A DNA stretch of 63,676 nt from Octopus bimaculoides (Eukaryota): positions 53,915,723 through 53,979,398 of the forward strand of contig NC_068992.1 in the NCBI RefSeq assembly GCF_001194135.2, in the 5' to 3' direction. The notes beneath the pieces were generated by a model. The model searched no databases, was not told where the DNA came from, and saw nothing but the letters and a program-made list of their open reading frames with translations. Made by a program: the position numbers and the translations under genes. Below, one piece after another: positions 55,561 to 63,676 of this stretch. Each line of letters opens with the position of its first letter. Position 1 is the first letter of the stretch.

Positions 55561-55885
55561 GTAATATAGGACTGCACCTCTAGAGTGAAATTTAAGTCGT
55601 TCTTCCATTCAAACGCACACTCCTTTGTTCCGCAGATTATAGTTTCTACTCATTGATGCTTTCATAATTGTTCTGATCTTTCTCAGGTCATCTCTTCTCA
55701 TTTTTAAAAGAGTTAAGAATGTCTGTGACCTTTTAGTTAGACGCTGCTGTGAAACCAGTTACACCCATTTAGGTACGTTCAAGTATACATGCCGCTTATG
55801 TCACGCCAAACGTTACATCAATTGTACTATAATAATCTCTCGTCTAAAATCCCAGTACAAAATCATCGAAATTTATTTGCCGTTA

Positions 55886-55977
55886 ATCTTTCCGAGGTCG
55901 GCACTGGGATTGACGTAATCGACTAGCTAACTCACACAAAATTCAAGTCTCGTGCCGATAGTAGAACGGATTATTAT
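55886..55977 (+). mobile_element. SINE family A 3' fragment (tail type ii)
   Basis: cactgggattgacgtaatcgactag...tctcgtgccgatagtagaacggattatt. Confidence 0.7.
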
Positions 55978-56492
55978 AGCTTCCATTAACTTTCGTCTGT
56001 GTGACTTTATTCTCAGTGGCGTATGATGGTTGTAATGGGTGTGCTGCCACATATCACAATGCCACACTATTTCAAGTAGAAGTATAAGAAAAGCTTCCTC
56101 TTAAGAACTGGGATTAAACTGATATGTAAGGTTAATAATATTTATAACGAATTTGTCAAATTCGATGAGTGTGCAGGGCACACATTGCACGGCTGAAATA
56201 TACACCCCTGAATCACATATGTGTTTATGCCTAAGTAACGTGCATATATATATTTATAAATCAGTTGACGAACGTGATATATTAATACATTTGCTGATAC
56301 ACCTTTTCTTGCTGCCCCTGCAATTTAGAATCAAAGTATCCCTACCTCACTGCTCAATTAAAACTTGTCTTCCGTTATCTTCAAACCCACTCAACTATTT
56401 TATCTCTATTTCACTCACTCTCAAATTCTCTTCTTTCTTTCACAGATCACTTGCGTTCAAAACATTCACAGTTGCCAACTTACCCAACTTAC

Positions 56493-56525
56493 TTTCACTT
56501 CCTGGTGTATCCAAGCTCGCGTGAG
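56493..56525 (-). other. Candidate 33-nt (or 42-nt) micro-exon with two tandem GTAAGT donors
   Basis: Minus strand: gttttttctttctcAG, CTCACGCGAGCTTGGATACACCAGGAAGTGAAA, gtaagttgg, gtaagttgg; exon is GC-richer than its flanks. Confidence 0.4.
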
Positions 56526-57343
56526 CTGAGAAAGAAAAAACATCTCAGTCTCTCTTTTTCTCCCTGTCTCTCCCCACTATCTCTCTCTCTCGTTTTGTGT
56601 ATCAGTCTTCACATTTACATTCTCACTAAGATTTCCATGTGTATGTGTCTGTTGTATGCCTACGTATTTACTTAAGAGAATTTCTATGTATCAAATACAT
56701 GTCCCCCACTTACCACTTCACATTACTCCACATAGCTTAGACAACATACGTATATTTGCACTCTCTTTCGGTGCTTTTAATTCTACACAGAGACAGTAGG
56801 AAGGGAAAAAATTCCAAGTTTTAACAGCTAGACGGAATGACACTGATTGATTCTGTCCTTCGTACGTAAGGCCAATTGTTGAAAACACTGAATCATTCCA
56901 ATTTTGATAAACGTTTGTTTCAATCAGCCGAGCAGCAGATTGACAATTAGAACATGTGTCACATAACCTCTGCCATTAGTTTCATTAATATCTATTCAGT
57001 TATGCACCAGAAAATAACGACATCATTTTCTGAATTCATACCAACTGATTCCTAAGTACATACAAGCAATCTTAACATGCTTTCGTGCGTATAGAATTCA
57101 TAGTAAATTCTCGACGTAGCTAGCAAATACTGAATTACAGTGTTATTTTATGAAATACTTTTTTTTCTTTCTTTTTTAACAAGCAAGTGCGGAAACGCCT
57201 ACTTGGCTTTCCGATGTGTTAGAAACAGCAGTCAAATTTAACTGAAATTTTACCCAACTGCCTATGTATCTACGTATGTATGTATGTATGTATGTATGTC
57301 ATAATTCAGTTTATTTCAAGATTTCTTGCCAATACACAATGAA

Positions 57344-57453
57344 ATCCTTTCGGGGTCGATAAATCAAATACCAGTTGAGTACTGCTGTCGATATAATCGA
57401 CTATCTCCCTCCCCCGAATTTCTGGCCTTGTGCCTATAGTAGAAACGATTATT
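57344..57453 (+). mobile_element. SINE family A 3' half (tail type ii)
   Basis: tcctttcggggtcgataaa...ctggccttgtgcctatagtagaaacgattatt. Confidence 0.88.
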
Positions 57454-57681
57454 ACATTTCTCGGTATAACCACCAGTATCTGTTGTTTGACTCTCGTACA
57501 ACCTTAAACCACATGTATCACAAATACGTGTTTTCTTTCTTTCTATGTACCGGAGTATAATTGAAATAAAAGCTTTTTATCTATTCCTTGACCCTCATTC
57601 TTCAATATAATAGAGCTTTTATTGCTGCGAGTGAATTTTTCAGTTCAAGGGAAGTAGATGTGTAGTGTTTCTTCTATTTAT

Positions 57682-57876
57682 TATTGGTTTCAAATGTTGG
57701 TACAAGGACACTAATTTCGGGACAGTGGGGAAGTCAATTAAATCGAACACAGAACCCAACTGGAACTTGTTTTATCGACTCCGAAGAATGAAAGGCAAAT
57801 TCGACCTCGGCAGAATTTGAACTCACAACTGTTAAGCATTTTGCCCGGCGTGCTAACGATTCTGCCAGCTCACCGC
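57682..57876 (-). mobile_element. SINE family A (tail type i), first of tandem pair
   Basis: ttggtttcaaatgttggtacaagg...gcccggcgtgctaacgattctgccagctcaccgc. Confidence 0.92.
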
Positions 57877-57892
57877 ATTTTTTCCAGTAAAT

Positions 57893-58105
57893 TCTGGTCT
57901 CAAATTTTTGGTACAAGGCCAGCAATTTAAGACGGAGGTGTAAACCGATTTCATTGACCTCAGTAATTCAGCTGGTACTTATTTTATCGATCCCGATTTG
58001 ATGAAAGGCAAGGTTGATCGTGGCGGAATTTGATCTCAGAACGTAAAGACGGACGGGGTACTGCTAAAGATTTTGCCCAGTGTGCAAATGATTCTGCCAG
58101 TTTAT
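57893..58105 (-). mobile_element. SINE family A (tail type i), second of tandem pair
   Basis: tggtctcaaatttttggtacaaggccagc...cagaacgtaaagacggacg...gattctgccag. Confidence 0.9.
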
Positions 58106-58239
58106 CGATGTTCTTGCAGTTAATATTGCCGACCAAATCTTACTCAAGGCATTATTTTGAGACATTGTTTGCTTTTAGTGTTTTTTTTTTTTTTTTTTTT
58201 TTTTTTACTGAATAATGTAGATATTATTTTACAAGAAAC

Positions 58240-58320
58240 TATGCTAATGGATGGGACGTCTTCGATTCCTGGTCAGTTCGAACTCAGGTCTGACAAGGGC
58301 CAAACAACAACAATAAGCAA
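58240..58320 (+). mobile_element. SINE family D 3' end with (AAC)n tail
   Basis: ggatggga..ggtcagttcgaactcaggtctgacaagggccaaacaacaacaat. Confidence 0.45.
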
Positions 58321-59134
58321 GTTCTAGAGTTACAGTAAACTTAACATTAATCTATTACCGCCATAGCTTTCCTATTTACCCATACATTCAGAGGGTATCA
58401 TTTCATCTAGATTATTAGAACCAGTTTAAAGTTGAATGTTTATCTATGGATAGACCCACTGTAGAGACAATTTAGTAAACCTATGCATTTTAAGTCAGGT
58501 TCGTTTTTTACTAATTTCTTTAAAATTATTCTCCATTAGGTCACTTTCTTTACTTTACTCAGAATATGTTTAGAAAATTTATTTTTAAATAAAATTCTTT
58601 TCCAGCGAGAAAAAATACAGTGATTACTTATTGATATGCAGATATTTTTTTTTTCCAGATAGTCTCTACTTTTAGCTCAAATACTGACAAACTGTGACGG
58701 GAAGGTGTCTACAAAACGGGTCGGTATAGATTGAATATACCATAAATATTAAAGTAATACATTCCACTGGCAACTCAGCGTTCTGTCAAATTACTTTTCT
58801 CTGAATATAATAGCCACTGCTGTGAACACTTGAACAGACACGATTTTAAGAACGTCGACTGTTCAATGAAAGAGTACCGGAATTAGGTAACACGGAGTAT
58901 GGTGTACATGTGGTCGATCTGGAACATTGCATCGATATATATATTACCACTATTACACATGGATAACTGGCTGGTCGTATTGAATATTCATTGATTCCAC
59001 GAGCAGAATGTATATTGATTGATGTAATTATGAAGTAAATTGCTAGAACGTCTTCCGTTTACAACGAACAATGGTGACTATAACTCCCATTAATTTAGGC
59101 AATGATCACATACTTGAGATCTCCCCAACTCCTG

Positions 59135-60410
59135 ATATATAAGTGTGTGTGTGTGTGTTTGTACGGGATAGAGTGTATGTGTGTGTGTGTAAGCGTATGC
59201 ATGCATGTATGCATCTATGTATGTTTAGTTCTTTGTGCATGTGTCTTTCTCAGTGCATATGTGTGTGTGTATACATAAATGTGATGGTGGAGGTGATTTC
59301 CATTTATGTCGATAACGTTTATTCTAGCATACAAATATAAATCTACTCGAACGCATACACCCACCCACACACAGACACGAAGGAACACATACAGACACAC
59401 AGCGACAAATACATACACTTACATATATATTAGCATCTACACAAATATACAGATTTATATATTCCTTAAATGTATGAATATATACATATATATNNNNNNN
59501 NNNNNNNNNNNNNNNNNNNNNNNNNNNNNNNNNNNNNNNNNNNNNNNNNNNNNNNNNNNNNNNNNNNNNNNNNNNNNNNNNNNNNNNNNNNNNNNNNNNN
59601 NNNNNNNNNNNNNNNNNNNNNNNNNNNNNNNNNNNNNNNNNNNNNNNNNNNNNNNNNNNNNNNNNNNNNNNNNNNNNNNNNNNNNNNNNNNNNNNNNNNN
59701 NNNNNNNNNNNNNNNNNNNNNNNNNNNNNNNNNNNNNNNNNNNNNNNNNNNNNNNNNNNNNNNNNNNNNNNNNNNNNNNNNNNNNNNNNNNNNNNNNNNN
59801 NNNNNNNNNNNNNNNNNNNNNNNNNNNNNNNNNNNNNNNNNNNNNNNNNNNNNNNNNNNNNNNNNNNNNNNNNNNNNNNNNNNNNNNNNNNNNNNNNNNN
59901 NNNNNNNNNNNNNNNNNNNNNNNNNNNNNNNNNNNNNNNNNNNNNNNNNNNNNNNNNNNNNNNNNNNNNNNNNNNNNNNNNNNNNNNNNNNNNNNNNNNN
60001 NNNNNNNNNNNNNNNNNNNNNNNNNNNNNNNNNNNNNNNNNNNNNNNNNNNNNNNNNNNNNNNNNNNNNNNNNNNNNNNNNNNNNNNNNNNNNNNNNNNN
60101 NNNNNNNNNNNNNNNNNNNNNNNNNNNNNNNNNNNNNNNNNNNNNNNNNNNNNNNNNNNNNNNNNNNNNNNNNNNNNNNNNNNNNNNNNNNNNNNNNNNN
60201 NNNNNNNNNNNNNNNNNNNNNNNNNNNNNNNNNNNNNNNNNNNNNNNNNNNNNNNNNNNNNNNNNNNNNNNNNNNNNNNNNNNNNNNNNNNNNNNNNNNN
60301 NNNNNNNNNNNNNNNNNNNNNNNNNNNNNNNNNNNNNNNNNNNNNNNNNNNNNNNNNNNNNNNNNNNNNNNNNNNNNNNNNTATATATATATATATATAT
60401 ATATATATTA
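59135..60410. other. Degenerate TG/CA repeats and assembly gap (N 59494-60381)
   Basis: N run. Confidence 0.98.
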
Positions 60411-62104
60411 ACAGAATGAGATGAAAATCCAAGGCTGTGAAAGATTTCAGAACATTTATAAAGAGAAGGTCTTACAGCTGTTTCCGGGATATTTTATATA
60501 TCCCTTCATCGGAGACGGTGTGAGAAAATGGTTACGCATTCTGATATATGACCTACGTTGGAATCCCCATTCGCATAATCACCGAACCTGGAGCTTAACT
60601 ATAGTCTGTCCATAGCACTTACTCAGCATTACCTGACATCTTCGGGTATTCTTGACACCATTATCTCTCATAACCCCCCCTCTCTCTCTTTCTCTCTCTT
60701 CATTATCTCCTGCTTCATTATTGTTGACTCGAGATTAAACAATAACAATAAACGAAAATTGCTACTAACCCACCTTTTTGTCAGGACACACGAAATTATC
60801 GTATTTTATGAATGATATAGAAATGGTCTCGTTAAATTGTAAGATTGTTATAAAATATAGCGGAAGAAACTTGAAATTTTGTATATCTAAATATGAAAGA
60901 TATAAAATTCAATCTTAAATCTTTCTCATTTCCAAATTTCTCATGAAATGGAGTGTCTTTGGTCTGAAAAGAATTTATTAAAATAATCTTCTCATAATTA
61001 AACTGTGATTTTGTATATAATTTAAAATGAGATTGCGATGAAAGGTTTTAATTTAAATTACTTTACCTAAGAAGTACGTATCTTAGAAACAGGTGCGGTC
61101 TTAGAAGGATTAGTATTATAAGGAGAAGAAAATCCTTAAAAATATAAATTTTCTGCATAATAATAGATTTATAGTGGACTTTAATACATATTTATAGATA
61201 CACAACTTGCCTACCTGATATTGTAACTAATAACAATGTGATGTATGGTTGGTCTGAACGGTTACTTTTCACCTGCTCAGTTCACCGTAATATGCATTGC
61301 TAGTAGTACCTGTAGCCTGCTCAGACACCGGCATAATGACGCTAGGTCTATAAATTTCTGTTGACTTCTGTAAAGTTAGAAGCAACAGTAATACTATAAA
61401 CAAAGATACAGTTCTGTCTTTCCTGCAATAAACATGATACGAGACGGGAGTTTTAAAATCATTGACTTACATTCACAAAATGAAAATTGAATTTAGTTGA
61501 TACTGATTAAATAAACATGCGAAATATAGTGAGGTATTTGGTTTCGTTTTGAGTATTTATAAATTGAGAATGCAGATCAAAATGACAGCGTATAGAATCT
61601 GTAAAATTATCAGGTTCCAAGGAAGTAAGTCTGGGACAAAGTTTTTATTCTTAACTGGAGTTAAACGTTATCACCTTTCTCTGGCGCCAGTAATATCAGG
61701 CGTGTGCGCACGATTTGTTTGTGTGAATTAACGGGATCTAGGAAATTTATTTGTCCTTGACACCTTGGATTGATTCCAAAATTTCAGTAATTCCATATAC
61801 CTGATGTTTAAAAACAAGAGTTAAAACTTGCAGGTATAAAGTGATAGGTTTTGTTGTTGCTTTTTGTTCGCTTGTTTTGTTTTTTGTTGTCTTTTGTTGT
61901 TGCTGTTTTTAAATTTAAGTTAATACGTTCTCTGAAAAGTATCACTATCATGATGTAAATAATAGCTTTTATTAAATAGACTGAAATAACGTTTTTTTTT
62001 TAATGAAATCCTATACATCGCTAAATCCAACAGAAGACAACGGATATTTGAAATAATCCCGACGCATGCTTCTGGAATATCAATAGATTATACGAACCCA
62101 GATA

Positions 62105-62127
62105 CACACATATAAGAATATACATAC

Positions 62128-62167
<40 letters not shown>

Positions 62168-62230
62168 GCATTGTTATATACACACACACATACACATATA
62201 TATATATAAATGTATAACAATGTATACATT
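62105..62230. repeat. (TA)n/(CA)n microsatellite
   Basis: Direct inspection. Confidence 0.95.
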
Positions 62231-62753
62231 GAAACACAAACATTCTCTCTATATATGTTTGAGAGATACTGTACGTGTGCGTCTGTACGTATTTACGTAA
62301 GGACGTGTGTATTAATGTGTGAACGTTTATGTAACAGGCTAAATTCTGTATGAACCTACCCACGTGTTTTTTATAGCGACACTTCTGATCTATATGAATA
62401 TGTGTTTGTGTAGTATATGTGTGTGTGCGTATGTTCATATTTATATATATATATGTGTGTGTAAGTAAGTGTGTATGTATGTGAGTTATGTAGTGGTGAA
62501 TGCATGTATATGTGTATAGTTGTTATGCGCGTAGAATAATAAAATCTTGTCAGAGTAAACAAGTGGGAATAAACAAGGAGCAAAGCATTACTTTTCATTT
62601 TATATCTTATCGTTCTCGTATATGTAATTATACTCGGTATGGTGTGTTATAATAATGTTACTGTCAGTGCTGACATTGCAAGTGATTCTGTGTTGTTTTT
62701 ATTTGTATCTCTTACATATATATTGCTGTGCTTTCAACTACTCCACTATTTTT

Positions 62754-62761
62754 TGACGTCA
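62754..62761. promoter_or_regulatory. Full palindromic CRE (TGACGTCA), putatively in intron 1
   Basis: Exact motif about 620 bp downstream of the proposed TSS. Confidence 0.35.
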
Positions 62762-63278
62762 TTTTTTATTCATCATGCATTAGATTGTGCTGTTTTGAAG
62801 TAGGTGTGAACGAATTTTATTATGTGACGGCAGTTTGAAATAAGCTCTTTATTATTTTTTTTTTAACACTTGGTGTAGAGTAGTGAATAATGTGAAATGT
62901 TTTCGCAACACATGTCGGTTGGTAACTTATGTAGTACTGCCAATAAAAGGGTTGTAGTTTTTTCACTTATTTATCTACACACGGTGTGAACTCTTGTACT
63001 GCAGATAATTAAATGCCAGTTTCCATTCTTTATTTTACTACTTTGTGTCTGCTTCTATGGTTTTTGTTTTAGGGTAAAGAATTACCTACGAATACTTTAT
63101 TCTGATATTGAAGGAAACAAAAAGTGAATATATTCTTGTTACTGATTCTCTAAGATATCTAGAATACAGTTTTACAAATCCCGTTTAAGAACTTCATTGT
63201 TCTAATTGAACTCATGTTCCCTAATTTCAATGTTGAATATAATAATAACGAGGCCGAAATATACGTTGATAGACTTAC

Positions 63279-63376
63279 TAACTGTCCTATATTCGATGCA
63301 CCAAGAGATAGACTAAGAGAGAAAGTGCGAAAGAAACATATATAGAGGAAAAGACAAGCTAAGCTCATTCGTCAAT
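63279..63376 (-). other. Candidate first exon (98 nt) of a minus-strand gene
   Basis: Starts at the Inr A and ends at TTA then GTAAGT (63278-63273); contains an ATG at 63368 in frame to the donor (30 codons). Confidence 0.45.
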
Positions 63377-63431
63377 GAATATTCTTGAAGCTCCAACTAT
63401 TATATAAGAGCATGACGTCATGAGCAGATAA
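63373..63431 (-). promoter_or_regulatory. Candidate core promoter: GATA - CRE - TATA - Inr
   Basis: AGATAA at 63426-63431; 12-bp palindrome CATGACGTCATG at 63411-63422; TATATAA starting at 63406 (-30); TTCATT (BBCABW Inr) with A at 63376. Confidence 0.55.
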
Positions 63432-63676
63432 AGAGCGGACACATACTCCCTTCTGTAACTCTACTTTAGTTTTCATAGCTTACGTCTTCAACTGGTTTCA
63501 GTCATAGGCTTGGGGAATGTTGGGATGCCACGTTCAAAGGTTTTCTCCATTTACAATTACGTCTATAGGCATCTTCTTGAATTAAAGATCAAGACAGGAA
63601 ATCAAAAGATTCTCTAGAGATTTAGCGTCTTAGCACACAAACTCACGTTAACTCGGCTCAATAGCTGTTATATATA

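Noticed and set aside
56446-56520. Plus-strand 75-nt exon overlapping the minus-strand micro-exon candidate
   Set aside because: Good acceptor but a weaker donor (GTGAGC); kept only as an alternative, since both are unlikely to be real
60618-60665. Minus-strand ATGG...CAG then GTAATG as a start exon; also a 10-nt match to miR-8
   Set aside because: No credible acceptor and phase-incompatible with the other candidates; the miR-8 similarity is a short scrambled match with no hairpin
61471-61502. 32-nt AG...GTAAGT segment on the minus strand
   Set aside because: Intron-like composition and frame-shifting; it illustrates the chance rate of such patterns
63073-63345. Plus-strand acceptor with short frames (VKNYLRILYSDIEGNKK*, MFPNFNVEY...KKHI*)
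   Set aside because: No homology recognisable, and it conflicts with the better-supported minus-strand promoter/first exon

Overview
AT-rich eukaryotic genomic DNA from a short-read draft assembly, with 14 N-gaps (about 5 kb in total), each flanked by microsatellite. The SINE families look like those I recall from Octopus (cephalopod) genomes; that assignment is inference, not a database result. No recognisable protein-coding gene is present, and all long ORFs in the track are gap or microsatellite artefacts. The window is mostly microsatellites, at least four SINE families (about 30 copies, several in head-to-tail or inverted arrangements) and decayed retroelements (R4/Dong-type RLE LINE, RTE LINE, Penelope-like GIY-YIG). 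The best non-repeat signal is at the right end, on the minus strand: a GATA site, a CRE palindrome, a TATA box at -30 and an Inr (TSS about 63376), followed by a 98-nt first exon ending in GTAAGT. The rest of the window may therefore be intron of a cAMP/activity-inducible gene. Candidate in-frame micro-exons lie at 56.5 kb (with a duplicated splice donor) and 29.3 kb, and a POU/homeodomain motif cluster next to a (CG)9 Z-DNA tract lies at 25.6-26.2 kb. These are motif-level hypotheses that need RNA-seq/CAGE or comparative data.
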